Positions 39,986-50,992 of a stretch of DNA of 64,000 bases are shown piece by piece. The position numbers and the translations under genes are program-made. How positions within the stretch are numbered: position 1 is the first letter of the stretch; each line of letters starts with the position of its first letter. This DNA is from Eledone cirrhosa (Eukaryota): assembly GCA_964016885.1 (NCBI GenBank), contig OZ024740.1, positions 370,698,001-370,762,000 of the forward strand, in the 5' to 3' direction. The notes under the pieces were generated by a model, which did no database searches, was not told the DNA's origin, and was given only the letters and a program-made list of their open reading frames with translations.

Positions 39986-40455
39986 AATGATTTAGAAGTC
40001 GACCTTAAGTAGGAACAATAACATTAAGATAGACATGAACGTCACCACAACACTTTGTTTTGAACATTTTGAAAGTAGGTTTATAAGTATGAATTTTCAT
40101 AAGACGTTCGTAGTTGTCTTTGTGGCCTAGCAGTAGGTACTAGAGACGGTGGAGATCCTGGCCTTGGGTTCAATCCTGGTCAAGAGGTACATGTAACCTT
40201 TTTCAGTTTTATTTTACAACCCACAGAAAAAAAACGGGAAAAGTTTGCTGGGACTATACTCACGACCAGGATCGAACTTCAAACCAGGATCACCCCCGTC
40301 TATGATTCCTCCCACTAAGCCACGGAGACAGCTACAAAGGTATAATGAAAATTGATAATTATAAACCTACTTTCAAAATCAAAGTTAAAAGATGTGGTGT
40401 CGTTCATGGCTTTCCTAGAGCTATTAGTAATATTTAGGGTCGACTTCTGGTCATT
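39986..40455. repeat. Diverged inverted repeat (about 200-bp arms), each arm ending in a tRNA-like sequence
   Basis: AGAAGTCGACC/GGTCGACTTCT, TTTTGAAAGTAGGTTTATAA/TTATAAACCTACTTTCAAAA; GTGGCCTAGCAG..GGTTCAATCCTGGTC versus its complement GACCAGGATCGAAC..CACTAAGCCAC. Confidence 0.75.
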
Positions 40456-40459
40456 ATTG

Positions 40460-40517
<58 letters not shown>

Positions 40518-40675
40518 TTAGTTATACTATTTATGGTTATGTAAATACAAAACCTTATGCAGTTATAAGTATTTTACACACACCCTAAATAGTGGTAGGC
40601 AGTAATGTATTACTACCTTATTACGAGTAAGTTAAGTAGCTCATGTAAAAACATCAGATGATTTACAGAGCAGTT

Positions 40676-42620
40676 ATATGAAATATAAGAATCAAAGAAC
40701 TGTTCAAAACATTATTGTGCTTACAGCTGTTTCCTCCAAACCGAGGTTTGGATTCTTCGGAGCAATTTATTAATGCATGGACAGTTATATGACCTCCTTT
40801 TCAACCGAGAGACATACCGATACATATTCAAACATTGATACATATTCAAACATTGTGGGTCAACATTCATTACAGAATTTAGAGTGGCAGTACACACTTC
40901 GAGATTACATTTATATTAAGAGGTACAATCAAAAATCAAAAATACAGGTTAAAATACAACATGAAGATAAGCGGTTATATAGTGCAAATGTTATATGTGT
41001 GGCACGCATGTGCGTCTTGTTTATATAGTGTGGCAGAGAGATATGTGTGGTAGAGGCACTTAGGTAGGTAAACAAGAGTGTTAGGTTGGTAGATCTGGTG
41101 GCAAATTCTTTATATGATTGATATAGTCTGTGTGTGGAGAAATGTTATAAGCATTAAAAATAGTGCAAGCATTAAAAGTATTAAAAGTATTGGAGATGCA
41201 CAGCGAAGGGATGTCAAGTATTTCATGTACTTCGACATTTTCATGGTCAGGGGAGTGTATTTTTCGATTATATGCCCCTCACATAATCCACGACAATTCG
41301 GTATTGAGCGTTTTACAATCCAGTTAGAGATCGTAGTCTGGTGTTCTTTAGTTCAATACAGGAGGCTGTTACGTTTCGAGAAACGCCATTGAATACCACC
41401 CGGAAGTGTGTGTGTGGCTAAGGGGAGTTAATGCATGCGGGGAGGTAACTCCGGGGTTTCTATACCTAGCTATTAAAATGTGTCACAATATAGACCCTAA
41501 TTTCTATGGTGATGCGCATCCTCCAAAAAAATTTTTAAAGCATAAAGTGTATTAACTATAGAGTAGTTTAATTAAGTTATGCTGAAGGCGATCATATTAT
41601 TATGGTGGATTAACCCATCGTAAGGTGCCACAAATGGAAATTATAGATGATGAGCGAGGATTCTAAATTAATGATCTCTGTGGTTGTAGTCTACTCATAG
41701 GACCAGGCGCGGTGATTGCAGGATTGCTTCAGGACCCAATGATCTCTGGTAAGTTCTGGGTCATCGCTTGCTACATTGGATGTCGAAGGATAATCATCCC
41801 CAGGCCGGCCAGAGGTCAATCCGCAGTCCTCGCGACCCCTCTCTGACCGTCAGATCATCCATATATGTACAACCCGCACGGCAGTTGCAATGCATTCACT
41901 CACTGCGCTCAGCAGCCTGGTCCTACTGCTCAACAGCGTTACTAGATTAAATCGTTTTTCATCTGTCTAAGGAAGGTGTTTCCTCTGCACAACACTATCC
42001 AACCGATCAATTCATGCTCAAATTACCCTTAGAGCGGTGTAGTGCCGTTCAAGTGGGTGGATGTTGACACACCTGACGTAGAGGTATAAATGGGTATTCT
42101 CCCTGCGAAGGGTTCCACTTTTAATGCTTGCACTATTTTTAATGCTTATAACATTTCTCCACACACAGACTATATCAATCATATAAAGAATTTGCCACCA
42201 GATCTACCAACCTAACACTCTTGTTTACCTACCTAAGTGCCTCTACCACACATATCTCTCTGCCACACTATATAAACAAGACGCACATGCGTGCCACACA
42301 TATAACATTTGCACTATATAACCGCTTATCTTCATGTTGTATTTTAACCTGTATTTTTGATTTTTGATTGTACCTCTTAATATAAATGTAATCTCGAAGT
42401 GTGTACTGCCACTCTAAATTCTGTAATGAATGTTGACCCACAATGTTTGAATATGTATCAATATTTGAATATGTATCGGTATGTCTCTCGGTTGAAAAGG
42501 AGGTCATATAACTGTCCATACATTAATAAATTGCTCCGAAGAATCCAAACCTCGGTTTGGAGGAAACAGCTGTAAGCACAATAATGTTTTGAACAGTTCT
42601 TTGATTCTTATATTTTATAT
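40676..42620. mobile_element. Penelope-like insertion with about 500-bp inverted pLTR arms (40676-41179 / 42117-42620), each with a hammerhead
   Basis: Near-identical inverted arms (mirror ORFs 40777+ and 42268-). Hammerhead TGCT-CCGAAGA-A-TCCAAACC TC GGTTTGGA-G-GAAA-CAGCTG-TA-AGCA at 42532-42578(+) and 40718-40764(-). Confidence 0.75.
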
Positions 42621-43543
42621 ATATATATACAGAAGGAGAGAGAGATTAAGTGAGATGGAGTTACTGTCTTTTAGCCTAAGCCTTAACTGCTTTTGAAAAG
42701 TTTAAATAAAGTGTTTGCAACAAACAGACCCTTGGAATCAGAACTAGATGTGCTGGAAACTTGATATAAATCCAAGTTCAGACTGAATTCTGAAAAGTCA
42801 TGTAAGAAGTGTATGCTTTGCTGTTTCTATATTCGTTATAAATATTCATTGCACGCATCTTCAGACTTGAATTTCTTCTTGGCTTATAAATATCTTTTAA
42901 TCCAGTCATTGACTCAAATCAGTTGAGAACGCGCGTTCAGTTAGTTAAAAACAGAAAATAATTCCATTATACTCCATGCTATCAAATTAAATACTCGAAA
43001 CTTTTATGTTAAGGAACGTGAAAATAGATTTACATAATGAAAATGTATGTGGATGATATTATGCTCAGTTTTCTAGATTGCTTCCTATCTATGTTATTTG
43101 TACGTCATAAAATACATCGATTGTTTGTTTAATGATAAAAAATTTAGTTTATAATCTAGTTTAAACGTTTAATCTTTTATTGGTTTTGGTCATTAGACTG
43201 CGGCCATGCAAGGGCACCGCCTTAAAGGAATTTAGTCGATCCTATTGACCACAGTATTTATTTTTTTCAAGTCTGGTATTCATGTTATTGATCTCGGACC
43301 GGTATGTTATGGGATATAAACATATATGTATGTGAAACTTCAGTCGGGACTTTGAAGAAAAAAATAGGTACATCTTCGTGCATTCTTTCCTCGCATTTAT
43401 AATCTGATATACATATACATATATATATATGTGCGTGTGTGTGTGTGTGTGTGTGTAGGGGTGTACGTGTATAGCTATATATATATATATATATGTGTGT
43501 GTGCGTGTGTGTGGAGGGGTGTACGTGTATAGCTATATATGTA

Positions 43544-43588
<45 letters not shown>

Positions 43589-43744
43589 CGTGTATTCGTA
43601 GTCGATCTCAAGAACTTTTACGAAATGCTGAGGGGGATAATGTAAATATAAAGTGTGGTATTCTCATGCGCGATATTGCTATATAATAGGTTATAAAATA
43701 GGATGAAGATCCTTATAGATAGACAAAGAAGTTGTCATCGACTA

Positions 43745-43815
43745 CTACGAGGAATCGAACCTTGTATCTACCAGATATTGGCTACGTACTTTGAACCATT
43801 AAGCCAAGGTACCTT
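43745..43815 (-). other. tRNA-like remnant (SINE head or tRNA pseudogene)
   Basis: Minus strand TGGCTTAATGG (A box) ... GGTTCGATTCC (B box); no convincing acceptor stem. Confidence 0.45.
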
Positions 43816-44192
43816 GACAACTCTTATCCACTCAGCGCTTTGTTAAAGTCCGTCAGATCGACTACGTATATATGATGTTTATTTACACTTACAACCTGTG
43901 ATTAAGGCCATGGAAATATGGAATTGCCACACACTATTTCAGTAATGACCATACCATAAATTTTCTATGTAAAAAACCCCGGATCATATTATCCAGGTAC
44001 CTTTTACGCAAGAGTGTACCGGCTTCAACACCATCATAATTTACTGGCTGTTGGAAAATGGAATGTGCGAATAAATGGACGAAAATAATGGCTTACACTT
44101 CATATGCACTGAAGAAAATACGAGTAGTGACATACGTGAGGATACTTAATAAAGACTATAGAGAGTATAAAGAGTATAAACATACACGCGCT

Positions 44193-44244
<52 letters not shown>

Positions 44245-44384
44245 ATGGGAGAGATGGTGAGATAGTGAGTCAAATGATAGAAACAAAAGGATGTATGAAA
44301 AAATAGATTAATAGACAGGCACAGACAAACATATTGATAGTGAGGAGGGGGGGGGGTTAGTGGGGGGGGGGTAGGAAGGAAGGT

Positions 44385-44518
44385 TGATAGGTAGGTATGT
44401 GGGTAGGTAGGTGGATAGGTAGGTGGATAGGCAGGTAGGTAGATAAGTAAGTAGATGGATAGGTAGATAGGTAGGTAGATAGATAGGTAGATAAGTGGCT
44501 GGAGGGATGGATAAATAA

Positions 44519-44596
<78 letters not shown>
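44385..44596. repeat. (GGTA/GATA)n microsatellite
   Basis: Directly visible. Confidence 0.9.
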
Positions 44597-45097
44597 GTAG
44601 AACGTTTTGCATTCTAGATGCCTGACAAGCTAATGGAAGCAATAAAAGTAGAATAAAAACAATGTAGCCATTTGATGTCATTGAAATCTCTAGAAACTAA
44701 GCAGAGGATGCTAGCAACATCACTGTTTGAGTCAACTTCATAAATGATGCGGTAAGCAATATTCCTCTGCACTTAAGCAAGTTTTTTTTCTCTCAGACCT
44801 TAGAAGTAAATTACATATACATATGTGTGTATGTGTAGGCGCGCACGGTAGTGTATGTGTGTGTATGTATGTGAGTGTGTATGTGTTGTATATGTTTAGG
44901 TAAGGGTGTGTGAGTTTGTGTGTCTGTATGTTATTATAGTTTGTGTAGTACTATGTATCAAGATGTATGTGCGTCTCGCTGTAAATATGTATATGTTTAT
45001 GTATATGTATATGTGAACTTGTGTGTAGATATATACACACGTATGTGTGTATACATACATTTATATGTATGCATGTATGTATGTGTATATATATAAA

Positions 45098-45178
<81 letters not shown>

Positions 45179-45194
45179 AATATATATATATATA

Positions 45195-45542
45195 CTAGCT
45201 GTCGTACCCAGCTTCGTCCGGGTAAACAGATGATAAGAGAAGACAGGTAAAAGAGAAAATGTCTGTATTGGATGTTTGTCTGGTTACAGTATGAGGCGAG
45301 TCCGTGGTGTCTGTGTGATAGAGAAAACAGTAAAAAAAAATCTTCCAGATATACCACATTCTTCGTTGTACCGTTTGTGCATAGTATATGAACAATTCTA
45401 GGTGCTCCCATCTAGAATAGTGACCTCTAGGAGATGGTTCATCTTCTGCCTGACTGTGAAACGTGTATCATTGCATAGATGTGGTTTTTCCACGTTTCTC
45501 AAAAGAATGATGGAAGTTCCAATCTTTTATATTATATGTAGA
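45195..45542 (-). mobile_element. Non-autonomous Helitron
   Basis: Minus strand starts TCTACATATAATATAAAA and ends CCCGGACGAAGCTGGG (hairpin)-TACGACAG-CTAG; inserted between A and T with no TSD. Confidence 0.7.
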
Positions 45543-46111
45543 TATAGATATAGATAATTAATATAAAAGATGTCAGTCAATGTAAAAAAGGTCCCTATTT
45601 ACTCCCTTCACGACTCTGTGTATTTTAGACTGACAGACAGGCACACAGACAGATAAACTGCGTGGCCATTGTAGGATACCGCACGTACACACACATACAC
45701 GCATGGAAACGCGCGCACGCACGCAAACTTACACACGCACCCGTGCACTTACACACACGTACACACTCACACATGTTGATAGTTTTTACTTTCTGTGGAA
45801 TGCACACACACATAAACATACGCGCACGTACATACACACGCACACATGTTAATAGTTATTGCTTTCCTTCCCCTCTTATTTCCACACACATGTCTCTACA
45901 CTGACACATATACATAGTGTATCTAAACACAGCGTTCACTTTGCCTCTCTCTCTCCCCTCTCACTCCCTCATTGGCATTATGCATATTAATTTAAGTTTG
46001 GCGTCGTTGACGTGGGCGGAGTCGTTTGAAACCTATGAACCAATGATAATCGAGAATTATGTCACACGGAATAATGACATTGTTGAAATTAATATATAGA
46101 TATATATATAT

Positions 46112-46670
46112 ATAAATGGAATAGAATGAAACGAAATTTCATTTCTCACTCTTAGTACGGCACTTACTTAAATGTAAGTATGCATGTATACGTACATACA
46201 TATATGTATACAGACGTACAGTAGTATGTATATATATACATACATGCACACATATATATATGCACGTATCGGTTTACCGAACATTTATTACAATGCTCGG
46301 TTTGTTTGTTTGTAAACAAACAAACAGCCCGAATTACACCGTACAGTGTTTAGGCAACCACGTCACCTTTTTGTGGAACACTGACACAGGAACGATGTAC
46401 TAGTTTCAAGCTTATTAGCTATCGTCAGCACCGTATACCTTCCTGCCAGATGGTTGAACGTCTGAAAGTATATACTTTCCTTATGCATATTAACGGGTGA
46501 GCAGCCTAATTTGCATATCGAGTGAGTTCAGTCGGTCGGGCACACCGAAAACGATAAATGGAATAGAATGAAACGAAATTTCATTTCTCACTCTTAGTAC
46601 GGCACTTACTTAAATGTAAGTATGTATGTATGTATACGTACATACATATATGTATACAGACGTACAGTAT
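46112..46670 (-). mobile_element. About 1.25-mer of a 442-bp hammerhead-bearing unit (retrozyme/pLTR-like)
   Basis: Direct repeat starting at 46112 and again at 46554; hammerhead lies between the two; flanked by (TA)n. Confidence 0.7.
46393..46433 (-). ncRNA. Type I hammerhead ribozyme
   Basis: CGGTG-CTGACGA-T AGCT AATA AGCT T-GAAA-CTAG-TA-CATCG; stem I extends via CAGGAA/TTCCTG past a GGTATA bulge. Confidence 0.8.
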
Positions 46671-46954
46671 GTGTATATATATATATATATATATACATAT
46701 GTATATATATATATATATACATATGTATATGTGTGTGTGTTTGTGTGTATGCATATAAATATATGTATAAATATTTATATAAATATGTATCTGTGTGTGT
46801 ATGTATGGATGCATATAAATATGTGTGTGTGTGCGTGTGTGTACATAATAATAATAATTGTTTCTACTTTTGGCATAAGGCCAGCAATTATCGACCCTGT
46901 AAGAATGAAAGCAAAGTTAACCTCGGTGAATAATAATAATAATAACAATAGTAA

Positions 46955-47775
46955 TAGGATTTCAGGATACAAATGGGAAAATTATTAGAACATAAGCCTG
47001 ACCTGGTGGTTTTTGACAAGTAAAAAAGATCCTATTTAATTGTAGATGTAGCTTGCCCCTTTGACTCAAGAGTGCAAGAAAAGGAGGAGAAAATTAACTG
47101 GTACCGGGATTTATAGTGGGAACTAAAACATATTTGGAAATGTCGTGAGATCAAGGCCGTTCCCATCGTCAGAGGAGCACTAGATACTATCTCGAAGAAC
47201 TTCCAAGATTAGTTAAAGAACATAGTCCAGCCCCCTTTTTTTAACACTCCAGAAGGGCGGTGGATTGGCAGTATCGGTAGAGGGTCGGACGCTATGCTTT
47301 GCAGCAATGAGTTACAGATCTTTATCGTCTGCGTTCAAATACCGCCGAGGTTAACTTTACCTTTCCTCCTTACGGGGTCGATAAAATAAAGTACCAGTAA
47401 TACACTGGGGAAAAAAGTAAAGGCGCGTGACTGAGTGGTTAGAAAATTGGATTCGCAATTGTGAGGTTGTCATTTCGATTCCCGGACCGGGTGATGCGTT
47501 ATGTCCTTGGGCAAGACACTTTATTTCACGTTGTTCCTTCTACCTGGCGTTGCGACCGGTAGATAGTATTTGCAATTGGCAAGACCCATGGAAACATCGT
47601 TTCCTCGGTCCGATTTGACGAAAGTCGATCGATATATATTTATAAGGCATACCTACTGGGAACAGTAAGGATCCACCGATACGTCATGAATATCTGAGGC
47701 TGCAGGTAGCGGCTTGATGTTCATTAAAGCAAATTTTCCGGTTAAATAACATCAATGACTGAGATATCAAAGTAA
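46955..47775 (+). mobile_element. 3' fragment of the R4/Dong-type LINE interrupted by two SINEs (47253-47410 family A; 47421-47540 second tRNA-derived family)
   Basis: EHKPDLVVFDK, VDVACPFDSRVQEK; the 3' UTR resumes near 47645 and ends in TAA repeats. Confidence 0.75.
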
Positions 47776-47790
47776 TAATTATAATAATTA

Positions 47791-48164
47791 CGAAGGTCAG
47801 GCTTAGATATTCATAATTCATTTTATTCATAATCTGCCATAATCTGCCATAATATATATTTCTGTGGCGTTAATAATTATTTAATGATGCCATTATGCAA
47901 CCACCAATATGACTTCATCAGACAGCATCTTATGTAATAAGTTTGTTATGTAACATTTTTAAAGCAATACAGGCTATCGATAAAAGGGCAGATGAATTCG
48001 ATGATGGTCTTATGAGACTCCATAGCCTTATGTTGAAGATGGTATCTGATAAAGACGTGTTGGTGGTTGCGTGATGAGAGCACTACGCAATTATTAACGC
48101 CACAGAACTATGTACTACGGCATATTATTAATTAAATGACTTATAAATATCTACGCCTGACCTT
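47791..48164. repeat. Old fold-back / MITE-like inverted repeat
   Basis: AAGGTCAGGC.TAGATAT / ATATCTA.GCCTGACCTT, TTCTGTGGCGTTAATAATT / AATTATTAACGCCACAGAA, GCAACCACCAA / TTGGTGGTTGC. Confidence 0.7.
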
Positions 48165-48410
48165 TGAGGTTAACTTTGCCTTTTATCCTTACGAGGTCGA
48201 TAAAATAAAGTACCAGTAATGTACTGGTATAATTGCTGGCCTTTTGCCAAAAATAGAAACAATTATTGTACGTATACTCTCTATGATAGACTACCAAATT
48301 GGATTTGGAAGGATACAAATTACATTAAGTGTTTGAACCTAATTGTATCATTATTTGCTAATTGGAGTCTTGAATTTTCGTCGCTGATCAGCCAACATCT
48401 TATAACACAA

Positions 48411-48467
<57 letters not shown>

Positions 48468-48525
48468 GATTTGTTTACGCCTTTCAGCTTTTTATTTTTA
48501 TATATATATAATATTTATGTATTTT

Positions 48526-48557
<32 letters not shown>

Positions 48558-48561
<4 letters not shown>

Positions 48562-50992
48562 TATAGACATAGAATATTCGAAAATATTCTGTATGTTTAT
48601 AATAAACATTTTGAAGACCTAATCGCTATAGAATAGAATACGTCACGTATTACAATTAGATTCTCGATAAAAGCAAGGGAAGTAATCTACGCGTTTCATT
48701 CTCGTTAGAAATCATCAGGACTACATATCCAGTGCTTTTATCGAGAATGACACAGCTAGAGACTTATAGAATACTTAGCTGTGTACAGGAACTGGTTTGA
48801 AAGAGCGGTTGCCGGTCCGGCAGAAATTAGAAATTGGAATAAATGCTCTGAAATAGCGATATATATGTGAATATAGACATAGAATATTCGAAAATATTCT
48901 GTATGTTTATAATAAACATTTTGAAGACCTAATCGCTATAGAATAGAATACGTCACGTATTACAATTAGATTCTCGATAAAAGCAAGGGAAGTAATCTAC
49001 GCGTTTCATTCTCGTTAGAAATCATCAGGACTACATATCCAGTGCTTTTATCGAGAATGACACAGCTAGAGACTTATAGAATACTTAGCTGTGTACAGGA
49101 ACTGGTTTGAAAGAGCGGTTGCCGGTCCGGCAGAAATTAGAAATTGGAATAAATGCTCTGAAATAGCGATATATATGTGAATATAGACATAGAATATTCG
49201 AAAATATTCTGTATGTTTATAATAAACATTTTGAAGACCTAATCGCTATAGAATAGAATACGTCACGTATTACAATTAGATTCTCGATAAAAGCAAGGGA
49301 AGTAATCTACGCGTTTCATTCTCGTTAGAAATCATCAGGACTACATATCCAGTGCTTTTATCGAGAATGACACAGCTAGAGACTTATAGAATACTTAGCT
49401 GTGTACAGGAACTGGTTTGAAAGAGCGGTTGCCGGTCCGGCAGAAATTAGAAATTGGAATAAATGCTCTGAAATAGCGATATATATGTGAATATAGACAT
49501 AGAATATTCGAAAATATTCTGTATGTTTATAATAAACATTTTGAAGACCTAATCGCTATAGAATAGAATACGTCACGTATTACAATTAGATTCTCGATAA
49601 AAGCAAGGGAAGTAATCTACGCGTTTCATTCTCGTTAGAAATCATCAGGACTACATATCCAGTGCTTTTATCGAGAATGACACAGCTAGAGACTTATAGA
49701 ATACTTAGCTGTGTACAGGAACTGGTTTGAAAGAGCGGTTGCCGGTCCGGCAGAAATTAGAAATTGGAATAAATGCTCTGAAATAGCGATATATATGTGA
49801 ATATAGACATAGAATATTCGAAAATATTCTGTATGTTTATAATAAACATTTTGAAGACCTAATCGCTATAGAATAGAATACGTCACGTATTACAATTAGA
49901 TTCTCGATAAAAGCAAGGGAAGTAATCTACGCGTTTCATTCTCGTTAGAAATCATCAGGACTACATATCCAGTGCTTTTATCGAGAATGACACAGCTAGA
50001 GACTTATAGAATACTTAGCTGTGTACAGGAACTGGTTTGAAAGAGCGGTTGCCGGTCCGGCAGAAATTAGAAATTGGAATAAATGCTCTGAAATAGCGAT
50101 ATATATGTGAATATAGACGTAGAATATTCGAAAATATTCTGTATGTTTATAATAAACATTTTGAAGACCTAATCGCTATAGAATAGAATACGTCACGTAT
50201 TACAATTAGATTCTCGATAAAAGCAAGGGAAGTAATCTACGCGTTTCATTCTCGTTAGAAATCATCAGGACTACATATCCAGTGCTTTTATCGAGAATGA
50301 CACAGCTAGAGACTTATAGAATACTTAGCTGTGTACAGGAACTGGTTTGAAAGAGCGGTTGCCGGTCCGGCAGAAATTAGAAATTGGAATAAATGCTCTG
50401 AAATAGCGATATATATGTGAATATAGACATAGAATATTCGAAAATATTCTGTATGTTTATAATAAACATTTTGAAGACCTAATCGCTATAGAATAGAATA
50501 CGTCACGTATTACAATTAGATTCTCGATAAAAGCAAGGGAAGTAATCTACGCGTTTCATTCTCGTTAGAAATCATCAGGACTACATATCCAGTGCTTTTA
50601 TCGAGAATGACACAGCTAGAGACTTATAGAATACTTAGCTGTGTACAGGAACTGGTTTGAAAGAGCGGTTGCCGGTCCGGCAGAAATTAGAAATTGGAAT
50701 AAATGCTCTGAAATAGCGATATATATGTGAATATAGACATAGAATATTCGAAAATATTCTGTATGTTTATAATAAACATTTTGAAGACCTAATCGCTATA
50801 GAATAGAATACGTCACGTATTACAATTAGATTCTCGATAAAAGCAAGGGAAGTAATCTACGCGTTTCATTCTCGTTAGAAATCATCAGGACTACATATCC
50901 AGTGCTTTTATCGAGAATGACACAGCTAGAGACTTATAGAATACTTAGCTGTGTACAGGAACTGGTTTGAAAGAGCGGTTGCCGGTCCGGCA
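48558..50992 (-). repeat. 310-bp hammerhead satellite (retrozyme-like), left block, about 7.9 units, 8 ribozymes
   Basis: Exact 310-bp period (48561, 48871 ... 50731); reverse complement of the right block; first hammerhead at 48682-48724. Confidence 0.95.

Noticed and set aside
42805-42870. Minus-strand CTGAAGA...GAAA motif
   Set aside because: Stems II and III are not convincing.
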